The position numbers and the translations under genes were made by a program. Below the pieces are notes generated by a model. It saw nothing but the letters and a program-made list of their open reading frames with translations. It was not told where the DNA came from and did no database searches. DNA of 64,000 nt from Felis catus (lineage: Eukaryota), in the NCBI RefSeq assembly GCF_018350175.1, contig NC_058368.1, forward strand, positions 178,996,001-179,060,000. The letters are read 5' to 3'. This document shows positions 13,736 to 26,355 of this stretch, one piece after another (positions within the stretch are counted from its first letter, which is position 1; every line of letters begins with the position of its first letter).

Positions 13736-14533
13736 GCACATTCCAACATCAAAATGAGCAGAACGACCCAGAGCTCAGTTGGATCATTTGCCAAAGTTAC
13801 CCTGGAACGATGAAGAGGTGTCTGAGGTAACTCACACAAAAGGATAATCCAACTCTTAAATGATGAATCTCACCTTGTCATACACTTGTATTGAGTGAGG
13901 GGCCTGAGATAAAGCCTCAACTGAATTAAATGAAACTGGGGTTGGAAAATTTTGACATTTTGAGAAAAAACAAACAAACAAACAACAACAAAAAATGAGG
14001 CTATATAATTCTATACCAAAGCACAACATAGCACTGCTCAGGCCACCAGCCTGAAACCAGAAAGGTCTCTTCTGAATACTGAACATTTAAAATAGTTAGG
14101 AGGGAAATGGATTCAGTAAACACCTTCCTGCTACACAAAAATGGTCATCTCCATGTTTTGAAGAACATACAGATACGTATGCCAAACCTCTATCTATACT
14201 CGTCTACCATGTGAAATCACTTCTTTGTAAAATACGATGTAACATCTACCATGCTATTCTACAGAAATGCTGTACTTGAGGTTATATGGTTTTATGGAGA
14301 GATATTAATTTGGCAAAAATTACTTTTGTAAAATTGAAGGGGAAGAGACTCACATATCAACTTAAGTTGCAGGAGTTTGTGTAGCTGCTTTCTCTGTAGT
14401 TAAAAAAATAGGTACTCACTATACTTGGAACTTCATGCCAGCTCATCTATAGAGAGCACCTTCTTCAAGACTGTGTACTAATGTAAGGTTTTGTAAATTT
14501 CTAAACTGTTTTAAATGGGATATTATCTTTTGC

Positions 14534-14539
14534 AATAAA
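14534..14539 (+). terminator. Polyadenylation signal AATAAA of INSYN2B
   Basis: tgcAATAAAc, with nine TGTA motifs within ~310 nt upstream and T/GT-rich sequence downstream (tatttttcctaggtttt...tgggttgatttgggtt). Confidence 0.72.
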
Positions 14540-16269
14540 CTTACGTATTTTTCCTAGGTTTTAAGACTCCATTACTAGCTTGGGTTGATTTGGGTTATAA
14601 ATTTAAACTTAAGAAGGATGCCTCAACGGTCCTAGGGACAGGGATAGTTTTCATTATAATTGCTTCTAATTGTGTTCCAGGAAAACAGATAAACAAAGAA
14701 CACATTTACAATTTAGTGCCGCAATGATCACATGAAGCCCCACATGTCCTGAGAGTGAAGGAGGCAGTTTAAATCAATAGAATAGTTCCTAGCTTCATTT
14801 AGATGGATACACTTTCATATTTTTTATCATTTTGTGCCCATACACCTGAACTATAATTTATTCAACTTAAAAAAAATTTTTTTAATAATTTTCTTTCTTC
14901 CTTAAAAGTTCCCTAAAAGGCAACTCTATATTACCACCATAAGGAAAACAATATGATGCTCCAAAAATAGAAGATGAAATCAAAATAATTTTATTAAACT
15001 CTTGCTAAGATTTTTGAGTGTTGAAGGTGTTAAGCCTGAGACCAGCTCTCTTTGTTAAAAAGGGAAATTAGCAAATATTCAACACATGCTAAAGCCACTT
15101 TAACACCAAACACATTTTCTACTTGACTAATCAGGACGTTTGAGAGAGAACTGAAAAGGAAACAACTTTCCCGTCATACGATTCCTTTTTTTTTTTCCCC
15201 CTGCATTGTCCATGAGCCATCTAAAGCCAGCTTGTTTACCAATTTAAGGTGGGAAGAGTCATGGGCATAGAATCAGAAGTCTTGGGTTTGATATTATTCT
15301 GCCACTTTCTTTTTGCTAGGTGACTTTGGGAAAGTTAACCTCTGGGAGCCTCTGACTCCTTATAATACTGAACATAACCTTTGTCTTACAAGGGTGTCTG
15401 ACAGTGAAGTGAGTAAAAGCCCTGAGCACAATGTAGGGTACACAACAGGTGCTCACTAATTGCATATTCGTTCATTAGCTGATTGGAGTAAATTGGGAGA
15501 GAAGATGCAAGATGCCTTCATGGGGCTGCAGTAGGTTTTCAGAAGCAAGCTTAAGATTTTCTCAGTCAAAAAATGGTGTTGATAAGGAGTAAACTCTTCT
15601 TGCTTTTATTAAGACCAGAAACCATGACAATGAATTGTTAAGTGACAAAGTCCTCAGTGATCCAGAAGAATATGAATGTATATTAAACACAGCATAGCAC
15701 TCTGAGAAACGAAAGATCCTTGTTGCATGGAATAAATATCCTTGAGGTGAAAGACACTGCAAGAGCTGGGTCCGTGCCATTTTCAGCATGAGGCAGTCAA
15801 GTAAGGCTCGATGAGTCGTCCAAGGGCTCACAGCAATCACTTGGGGAAGTCAGTGCTGGAGTAATGTAGTGGTGGGCGGAATATGTGAAGGTCGATGGGG
15901 CCCCATGGCCCCGGGTTAGTTCCAGGAACCACTGACACTAAACTTGAGACCAATTCCGACTGGCAGGTTCAATTTCCTTATTAGCTGAGCAGAGGTCTCA
16001 ATACCCTTTGCTTGAAAAGGCTTTCATTTCGAGCTGCTCAAGGCAACTTGCTGTATGCTAAAAACATATTTTTTTTTTAAGTCCCAAGAAACACAGGCGT
16101 TTTATGATCATTATGCTCATAAAGCATGGCTTGCAATGAAAAGAGCTGCCGGACAAAGCCACACCCAACCAACACTGTTTGTGTTTGGTGTAAACTATGT
16201 TTGACAAGCTTAATATTCAAAAGCCCTTTGAGCTTCATCTCAGCTTCATCCCCATCTTTTAACCAACTT

Positions 16270-17097
16270 ACAGCTTGAATTCTTATTGATCACATCTATC
16301 ACCCCTACTCCTGAGGTTTCCCAAATATATGATTTCAGCCTGCCTCCTACAGGACACTCAGCCCAGGAAGAGCAAACCTAGAGTTTGGTTTTCTCACTGC
16401 CAGATGAAGCCAGGTTCCAAGATAAACATGCCTCTCCTCCACTGCTGGCATCCTGTCCCAAACCCCTTCTCTCAGATGGCCTCCACAAATGTCCCAACTG
16501 GTCCCCCAACACATACTCCCTTTCCCTCGCAGCATATTCTCCACATTGCAGCAAAGACAATTACTGCAAAATTTAGATCTGACCCATGTCACACTCTGGC
16601 TTCCTGACAAATTTAGAAAGTAAGACCAGGTCTGTCACCCAGAAGGGCCCATCTGACTCTCCCATGGAAGCTTCCATCTCAAGCACTTCCCCTGTCTGCT
16701 CTACAGACCCATTATCCTAATACATCCTTAAGGATCTGTGTAAGCTTTTCTGTCTGCCTGGAATAATCTACTCTATGTCATCCTCCCCTGGTCAGTTTCC
16801 AGCTCTACTGGGACTTCCCAGGTAAGGTTTTCCAAGACTACTACCACCACCGTCCTAGATCACATGAAAAACTCCTTTTGTATACTCACCTGGCACCAGA
16901 GACCCCTCCATCAAAATTCTTGACACAGGTGACCTTGTACATATATTTGTGTCATTCTTTGATGACTATATTTCTCTCTCATTAGCCTATAATCTTCTTA
17001 AGGTAGGAATCCTGCTTATTTTTGCTTACCTTTGTGTCTCTAGCACTTAGCATAATGGAATTCAAATATCTGATGCAGTAATAAATTAATGAATGAA
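16270..17097 (+). mobile_element. L2 3' relic
   Basis: Contains tttgtgtctctagcacttagcataatgg and ends in the L2-type tail aataaattaatgaatgaa. Confidence 0.6.
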
Positions 17098-20000
17098 CTG
17101 GATCCAGTGGATCAACATGAAAAATGATTCCCAGGGTTTTTTCATTTGTTTTCTTGCCTATCAGTCCTCCAGTGGGGATGGTGCCACTGGAATCTATAGG
17201 CTCTATCTTTCCCCCAGGAATATCCATCCTTCTACTGATTAGTAAGCAATGTGCTCAGGGCTTGTAATTCTACTATGGTCTACCTGGCACTCAGGACCCA
17301 GGAACGTCAAACCACTATCATCCTACCCCCACTGCCAACCTCCTAATACCTTTATTCTGAACGTTGACAGCCCAGTTTAACCTTGTTTCAGAACAAATTG
17401 CCATCATAATTAAATCCCAATGCATTTTTCACATTTTACCAAGATACTGCCTTACTATATGAAAGAGGAAATTAGTTTTGAAATTAAAGCAGATTGTTAA
17501 CTATTTTCTCTGTAATGTTTTCATTAAAATGCCAAAATTTATTACATGTGACCTAGTCCCTTTTATAGAAAATGCAATTTAAAGGAGACAGGGTCTATGT
17601 AACTGAAGAAACATTTTGGGCAGAGCATTTTGCCTTGGTTTAAACCACAACTAAAATGAAAAGACAATAAGCATCAAACCAAAGGATTATTCTCTCCAAA
17701 GCAAATAAAGCATTTATTATCACGAATGGCCCCACAAATTCTTAGAATCCACAACCATATTATATTAAATTTCATTCAAATAAAACCAATTTTTTTTCTC
17801 CTGGCAAAACTTCAATATGTATTTTTTTTTTAAATACATCAGCTTTTTTTTAAATCATCAGCTAAACACAATGACCTCCCATTGGTGCTTGGGTTTGTTT
17901 TCCCAGGTAGCATATGTGTTGTGATACCCTGGTTATGCTGACAGAAAAGCCTTCTTTCTCCTGAGCCAAATGGGCTGAGTCACTTTAATTGATGAAATTG
18001 AGAGTGGTTCACATAGCTCTTTCAGCAAGCACTCCAAGCCTGACTGAATCCAATCCCACATGCAGAAATCCCATATGGGTGATGGAGAAGAGAAGTCATG
18101 AGCTGTTGCCATTGTTTTTTGTTTGCTTGTTTGTTTCAAGATAGAAAACAATGTGCTGTCTATAGTTAGGGATCAAGGGGAGCAAATTCAAAGCCATGTA
18201 ATGAACTCACCACTGACCTGAATGGATTTCCTGAATAGATCCTTCCCTCTTCTCCAGAACCATGTATCCACCAACTCCAGGGAAACTTCTCAGATCAACC
18301 CCAGCCCTAATCACTTTTTTCCAACAGTTATTGATTCCCTTCTCTGTGTTGGTCAAGAAAATCATAGATGCAGCTTGCCTTATAGAGCTTATTATGGCCC
18401 AGAGAAGGGTGATGTGTTCTGACAATAAGCACATGTCCTTTTCTGATTCACGCACCTGTATATAACACCCCACTTTCCCTCCTTTTGACCCTCTCAAAGC
18501 AGTCTTCGTTATTCTCTTGTGATGATTATTTGTCTTAAATTATAGCTATTTCTAGTCCTCCCTTCACTCCTTCTTTCCCCACTATATGTTGTGTCCTGAG
18601 AGTGGGAACTGCTTTCCTCAGTTTGTAAAGTCAAGGAGGTCCTTGTTTAACTGAAATGAATGACTTCACCATCATGAGCCCTTGACTGTTCTATGTAGAC
18701 CACTGTACTGGCCTTCAAGGGCTACTTTCTCTACTTTTCCAGCTCCCTTGGATCCAGCTCTCTCCTGGCTGCCTGAGGGATCTCTCTAAGACACACATCT
18801 GGCCATTACCTGGTTTTTACACCCTTAAAAGCACCCCACCAGCATCCTAGAGCATAACAATCCTCCCACAGCAACACAATTTCCTTACAATCTGACTGCA
18901 ATCTAGTATGTATTGCCTAACTTCCTACTATTCTACTTCCCCCTATCCCTGCCTCCTTGTCATCTCGCAAAAAAGTCAGAGACTATTGCATATCAGTGAC
19001 TTAACACATGCTGTTCCCTCTACCTGGGACATTGTTCCATTACCTATCTATCATGGAAAATAATTTTCATTTGGGAGGAATAAATGAATATGAGCCAAGT
19101 TACTACTAATTATGATAATAAAGGCTCTAGCTTCTTGAAGTTAAAATGGGCTGTTAAATGCTTTGCTTCCATTAACTGATTTATTTCAAGGTAGCTTACA
19201 ACCACTCCATTTTCCAGGAGAATAATTGAGGCTTAGAGGGTAATAGTAATGTGTCCAAGTATACAAGTATGAGGTGGTGAAGACTGGAGTGCCTTCAAGG
19301 TCTGCCAAGCTTGGGAGCCTGGGCTTTTACCTCCTATGCCAGACAGCAAGTTGCAATTTAAATGTCACCTCCTCTCTGTAACTTTTTCTGATCATCCCCC
19401 GCCCCTGCCATGGGATTAGTCACTCCATCCTCCCAGTACTCATGGAGCTTTGAACAGGCTGCTGCTTATATTATCTTGACATTTCTTTTGTCAAGCTCTC
19501 ATGCACATCTCCACCAGGGAGCAAAGTCCTGGGGGACAGAAATTGTCATCTGAATCTCTATGGCCCTCTAGGTGTTTATCACATTGCCTAAGATGCTATA
19601 TGTGCTTCATATATGATTGTTGAATGAACTGGGAGAAAATAGGGAGATGAAAACGTTAGGAGGAAAAACAATCCATGGTACAAAGACCAGAACAAGGCTA
19701 GAAGTACTGACTTCTGCCCCTGACTTTCTGCACAATTTTGAACAAGTACGTTCACCTCCATCCCCCACATCTGTCTTTAAAATGAAACCATCTGCCTTTC
19801 TGGCTTCACAGGCTGGTTAGAAGAAAAGTAAAATTATATACATGAAAATGCTTCAGTAAGTTTGACTATCTCATTAATTCCTATTTTTAAAGAAATAGTG
19901 TTTGAGGATTTTTTTCCTGATTATAAAAGGAAAGCAAAATCATTTTAGAAAAAAGTGAAGCTACAGAAATGTACAAATCATGTGTCACTTAAGCAGAAGA

Positions 20001-22254
20001 TATCAACATAATTTTAGCTTCAGAATAGAGTCTCTGGGCCTGACCTCTGGGAGATCCAGGGATTCTGGTGAGGGGCCACAGGTCTTCCCTCCTTGGCTTC
20101 CAGGATCCCTGACGGCTTTCTTTTTATTTTTGGGTCTTTTGACCCTTTCTCTATATTTAAGACATAGAATTTCCTCATGTTATTAAAAAATCATCATCAA
20201 TATTTAATGACTGCACAAATGCATCACTGGATGAACATAGCATAAATCTAGAAAAAGGGGGTTCTGATCTTGAAGAGTCATTTGATGGCATTGATTCCTT
20301 TGAGTCCCTTTAGAAGGTCAACACCCGGGAAAGAACAGCATGGACCCTTGTGGGGGAGCCTGCTGCATTCAAGGTCGTGCTGACAGGGTCTCTCAGGATG
20401 GCTCCAGCCCCGCAACAACATTCCCAGGGAAGGACCCTCTGTGATGGGATTTCTCCTTCAAGCTTTTGTAGCAGACATATGGCATCTGGTTTCATCTCAA
20501 GGGGGCTTTGTGCACAGCCCAGCTGTAGCAATAGCTTAATAATACTTCCCAAATCCAGGAGAGATCCCAAGTCAGGGCCACAAAATAGTTTGTCATCTGA
20601 TACCTAACATTTGCGTCAAAGCAAGAGAAGACTCCAGTACTGAAGGGGAATAATAATGGCTCTTTACCAAAGACCTGCTAGGTGGTAAGCCCCATGTGAT
20701 GGACTTTAGACATGCTTTTTCATCCAATCCCCACCATTATACCCCCATTTTATAGATAAGGGAACTGAGGAACAGAGAGCTGTGAAGTGAAAAGACTTCC
20801 TAGCTGTGGAATAAGGTCTTCTCACTCCTTAAGAAAAGTATGACCAGTTTCCAACTAGTAAAATCCTTTCAAACTCGAGACCTTGGGCCCCAACTCCACA
20901 GCCCTTAGAAAGCAATGTTGGGTGTGAGAGCACTCAGTCAATGACCAAATGGCAGACATTTTAAAGTTTCCAAAGTTTCCAAAGTTCTCCAAGGACAAGA
21001 AAAGGCTGGCCTCTCCTCCAGTGCCAGGAAATAGGACAGCAGATATAGTGAAGTCTTACCTTTAAGAATATACTTAAAATTACTTGTTCAAAATCAGGTC
21101 TGGCTCCACTTACGGAAAGCTAAAAGGCACTGAGATATTTGGATGTAATTTCATTAGGACGATGATGTACCAGTCATGCATTTCCTAGTACTCCTTATAC
21201 AATTCCTAAACCCCATCTCTGTCTCTCCCTCTCTGGGTGCTGACAACAGCAGTGTGTTTCCTATGCTGCTTGCCACCAGCTTCTCCAGGGCCTAAGCTCA
21301 CCTCCTCTGTAGAATCACATGTTGTGTGTCACTGCATCACATGTGAGACTGTTATGGTAGCAGCAGCAACAGGAGAGTGCTTATTATCTAGGAGCATTCT
21401 GTCCTCATAGCAGAGGTTTGCTCAACTGGACAGACCAGGGAGGCTGCAGTAGCTGTTTTAATGAATTTAGGAACCTCACGTTTCCCTTTCATTTTCATCT
21501 CTGTGGCTCATCATGGAACAGAAGGAAGGTTGGGAGAATGAAACCAGCTCTTTTTTATGCCCCAGTTCTGAAACTTTGTCTGGAAGAATTCTACCACATA
21601 GGGCTCATGAAGTATTTGGGAATTTTATATAGGAAAGACCTTCATGGGAAAGCTTGACATGAAACAAATCTTCTCTCATCTTATTTTTTAAATCAGAATT
21701 ATTTTAAAGCTAGACATTAATTTGTACTTTTCATTTTAGTTTGTTCTTTCCATTCATTCATTTCCACAGCTTGGATAAATGCCAGCCACATGCCAAGTCC
21801 TAGGCCTATGGACAGGATCTTCAAAGATAATGGGATACAATCCCTTTCCTCAAGAATCTTAGTCTACTGTGGAACATAGACAGGTAAAGAGAAAATTCCA
21901 TTATGATATGGTAATACTGTAATTTAAAAATGGGCAAAGAACAATGAGATCACTGAAGAAAGATGATCTTGAGGAATGAGAGAAGATTTCACAGACCAGG
22001 AGATGGAGATAAGGCCAAAAATACTGCTCCCTGTTTCAACCCCCTTACTCTTCCTCTCTATCTATTCAAATTTTTATGTTACTCAAGAACTAGACCCAAT
22101 TATATGAAGTCTACCTTGATAACTGACTTCTGTGCATACATGCTATGGGTTCCTTGGAAGTTGAGATACTAATTAATTTTTTTTGCATATATACTTTAGG
22201 CCATGTACTCTTTGATATGCAATTACCAAAATCCTTTTTAAAGTAAAACTTCCC

Positions 22255-22532
22255 AGGGTGCTTGGGTAGCTCAGTTGGTTAAGCATCTGACTCTTGATTT
22301 TAGCTCAGATCATGATCTCATGGTCATGAGATCAAGCTCCACGTCAAGCTCTGCTCTGGGCATTGAGCCTACTGAAGATTCTTAAGATTCTCTCTCTTTC
22401 TTTCCTTCTCCCACAGCCCTGCGTTCTCTCTCTCTCCTCTCTCTCTCTCTCAAAAATAAATAATAAAATAAAATAAAGTAAAATAAAATAAAATAAAATA
22501 AAACAAAATAAAACAAAATAAAAGAAAATAAA
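22255..22532 (+). mobile_element. Can-SINE with (AAAAT)n tail
   Basis: Head gggtgcttgggtagctcagttggttaagcatctgactcttgattttagctcagatcatgatctc. 15-bp TSD aaagtaaaacttccc (22240-22254 / 22533-22547). Confidence 0.93.
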
Positions 22533-25500
22533 AAAGTAAAACTTCCCCACCCACAGGACATAAGCACCCTCTACAAGACCATATCAAGCAGCAACCAAGC
22601 TACCCCAAGCTAATGACGCCACCTCTTGGTACCAAATGGAATTTCAGGACTCTTATATAATGTTTCTTCTCTTTCTTAACCTGATCTCCCCCTAACACAT
22701 ACACATACACTTACACATACACACATTTACTCTTTTAATTTTTTCAAGTTTTATCTCAGAAAAAAAATGTCCCAGACATGCACAGTGAAATGCTTAAGAT
22801 GGTGGCTTCAAACTCTGTAGACCTGGATTTGGATTCTGTATTCCTCCTTCCCCTGAATGTGATGCTGGACAAGAGCTCAAACCCTCTGATCACTGTTTCC
22901 TTTCTGAGAGCAGATAATAATTTTTTGTCAACCTCACAGATTAAACGTGATAATGTCCTCAAATTTCCATCTCTGCCACACAGCAAGCACCCTAGAAATT
23001 TTAACTGTGATCATCACCAACATATATATCCTCTGAAGAAAATGAATACATCCTTTCCCCAATTCTTTACATTTGGTCCAGTTATTCAATAGCAATTCTC
23101 TCTCCTCCCTTATTCTCCTAGTCTAATCATGCCCTAAGGGTGATAATAGTAACACTTGCATAAGGGTAATGCAAGTAACACTTGCATGTTAAGGAAAAGA
23201 ATCGTGGTTTGTATGTAAATAAATTAAATAGCAGAAATCTTCCATTCCTTCAGCAGTGTTCATTCAGGTCATCCTATATGCCAGGGACATTGTGTTTCCT
23301 ACAGATGCAGAAGTGATGAAGACATTGTTCTCTAGTGCTAGGAAGAATGTTCTCGTGACCGTGTGATGAGTACATGAGACTGGTTCATGCTGAAGAGAGC
23401 AGAGGGGTACCAACTTGCATGAGTGGAATGTGGGTCAAGATGTGCCTCCAGGCCAATACATGAAAGAAAAAGAGGAGTTTTCGAGGAGGAAGGTTTTGCA
23501 AAGAAAGGTAAGAGGAGTATGTTCTAGACAGAGGGAATGGCATGCAGGAGAATGCAAAGAAGAAAAGGAACATTCTGTAGCTAGCAGAACAGTTCCATCA
23601 ATTTGGCACAAGAGCGGGAGGTCAAGAGCATAGGGGAAAGAGGCAGGCCTGTACTGGGCACACTGAAGGCCGTGGTGAGCAGCTGGGCCATTATCTTCAG
23701 CCACAGTGAGGCCACTGAGGCTTGCCCACCAGGAAAGCTCTACGTGATAAGACCACATGGGCTGCAACGGGAAGAATTCAAAAGGGACAAGAGAGGAGGC
23801 AGTGTGTCTTGGTAGTAGCTACAGCAGAGGAAGTGGTGAGAGACAGTCATTGCCAGACCCCAGTTAGTAGCATTGATGGTAGAGGGAAACTCTGGATTGG
23901 AGAGGCCTTTAGACATAGAACCCGGTGGTCTGCTCAAGAAAGTGGACACAAGCTGTATGCGGAAGGGGAAGGAGACTTGAGATCATTTCACACTTCCATT
24001 CTAGCTTTGTCTTCTGCCAAACCTGCTATTTTGTAAGTCCCAAGACTCCAGGCTCTTGTTCTGACTTTACAGATTCCCATAATTGAGGAGATTGATTCTA
24101 AATATATCACTGTCATTACAAAGCCACCAAGAATCCAGTGCCACTTCGCAGGTTTCTGAAAGTTGACATGTAGGTCATCTCACCAGACTGCATGGTCTAG
24201 GCAGAGCAGCATCTGGAGCTTGGAGGTGCCCATTATTACCTTTAAAATATTCGATGCCTAAAGAACAATTTAAGGTCTTAGTGGTGTAGGAGTATATACT
24301 ATGCTATTTAAGAGGAGGAACTCTATAAACAGCTTTGCCTGGGTTCAAGTCTCAGTTCCTCCACTAACAAGTTGTGTGATTATAGGTAAGTTATATAACC
24401 TCTCTGTGTCTCAGTAACCTCAGATGTAAAATACGAGTCTCTGAGGCAGGTTGAGAAGGAAGACACATAAGGTGCTTAGCTCTTTGCCTGGAAAACAGAC
24501 GATTTGCTCAATAAGTGATAACTTTGTTGTAAGTATTGTTTGTTAACAAAGTATTGGGCTGCTGAGTGAAGGTGTGGAGTCAACCAACCACTTCTGGCTT
24601 GGAACCTCACATCCTCCTGTCCTAGACAGTCCTCACACCTGCTCTCCATGGGACAGGTTTGGGTGGAGGTGGCACTAACTGTCTTGCTGTGGCCCCTGCA
24701 CAAGCATCTTGAAGTCTGTGGGCTCACAGTGTATCAGAGAGTGGTCATGTAAGTGGGCCATTTGCCATTTGGAAAGTGAAGTCAGAACTTGAAAAGCCTG
24801 GCTCTCTGATGACTCAGGTGTTTTCTGGAGTCTTCAGCGCTATTGTGAGGTGAAGCAGTGGAGGATGGGGCGATTACCGCCTTTTTTTTCCTTCCTTTTT
24901 GAACAAACTGCTCTGAATTTCCAGAGCTGGCTTGATGCCAGCTGCATTTACCTTTATTTAATCACTCAATAGACTCTTCTGCAAAAACCGGGGTAATTAG
25001 GCCCAAAATATATCACCCAGAGGCTTATTTTAATTACCCGAAATAAAAACTAGATCCCAATTTCAACAAAATTACCAGATTGTTCCCCTTCCAAGAATTT
25101 CTGGCAGTGTGTAAATTCCCTGGTTGATTCTCCCTATGAGATTGTCCATCCCCAGCACTAAGGAGGCCACACACAGGGAACAGCCTTCTGTAGACCAGTC
25201 AGCAGAAGGATGTAACAGTCAGGGAAGGTTTTCTGAGACAGCCCCCTCACCTACCCAAAAAATCTGAGAAGTTTTCCTCACACTGTTCTAAGACCTACAG
25301 GATAGCACAACAGACACACGCTCTGATGTTGGACATCCCTAGTTCACATCCCACCTTGCTACTAGCCATGTGACTTTGACCATGATGTTTTCATCCTCTG
25401 ATGCTCAGTCACTCTATTCTCCCAAACAATGGGAGATGATGACAATTACCCATGAGGAATCAAAGACATGCTCCATCACATCTGAACATCTCTGAAGATT

Positions 25501-26169
25501 ACAATCAATGCAAAAATAAGCCTCTGTGTCACAGTTTAATTGGTAGCATGATCTCTTTCATATGGGCACATAAAATCATAGTGATTCTTACATTTGATAA
25601 AATAGGACATGTAGCACATAGAATCCATTCCCTGGTAAAATGTTAAGTTCTCAGATTATTTTTTTCCATTATTCTTCTGCTCTTATACCACAGCCTTCTT
25701 AACCAAAAATATGCAAAAGAGAATATGGGTTCTACAAGAGCTTTTGGACTGGGCTGGAAAAACACCAAGGATTTTAGTCAAGACATAGTATTTGTAAGTA
25801 TCCTGCATACATCACTATTCTAGAATCTTATGCTTATGACAGACATCACTAATCAATTCAGTACTTCTTCCCCTGAACACAGATGTAGCCTCTGATTCTT
25901 TCTCAGGGCAGTACTACAGGCAGCTATTACCAATGCACCCGACCTGGCATATGAAGCAAAATCTATTTTACATCCCTGACTCAGGATCTTGGGAGATGGA
26001 AAAAAGAATAAGCGTTGGCCAAATCAGAAAAGTTAAATATATGAAAAAGATCTTAAAAATGATAGAGTTCATTGCACAGAAGAAACCAAGGTCTAGAGGG
26101 GTGATATTGGCACAAAGTCACAGAGCCAACTATGCAGAACAAGTATGGACAATTTCTCATGTTCACTCT

Positions 26170-26355
26170 TAAGGACAGGGAACTAACTGGTGGTTGCCAG
26201 AGGGGAGGAAGGTAGGGGGATAGGTGAAATGGATAAAGGGGAGTGAACTTATCTTGATGAGCACTGAGAAATGCGTGGAATCGTTGAACCACTATACTGC
26301 ACACCTGAAACTAATGTAACACTATATTCAATTATACTTGATTAAAAAAAAAAAA
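26170..26355 (+). mobile_element. 5'-truncated carnivore L1 3' end with poly(A), apparently inserted into a MIR relic
   Basis: actggtggttgccagagggg...gatgagcactgag...cactatactgcacacctgaaactaatgtaacact followed by poly(A). Degenerate flanking duplication aatttctcatgttcactc / aatttcctgttctctc. Confidence 0.8.

Larger units (their letters stand above)
11676..14560 (+). other. INSYN2B: INSYN2B 3'UTR (~2.9 kb; end approximate)
   Basis: Repeat-poor sequence between the stop codon and the first canonical AATAAA I could find by eye (14534). The final ~350 nt are AU/UGUA-rich. Some ATTAAA hexamers occur earlier. Confidence 0.7.

Noticed and set aside
17822..17862. Short tandem duplications (also 20963-20986, 35310-35351, 49603-49626)
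   Set aside because: Ordinary replication-slippage products with no sign of function.
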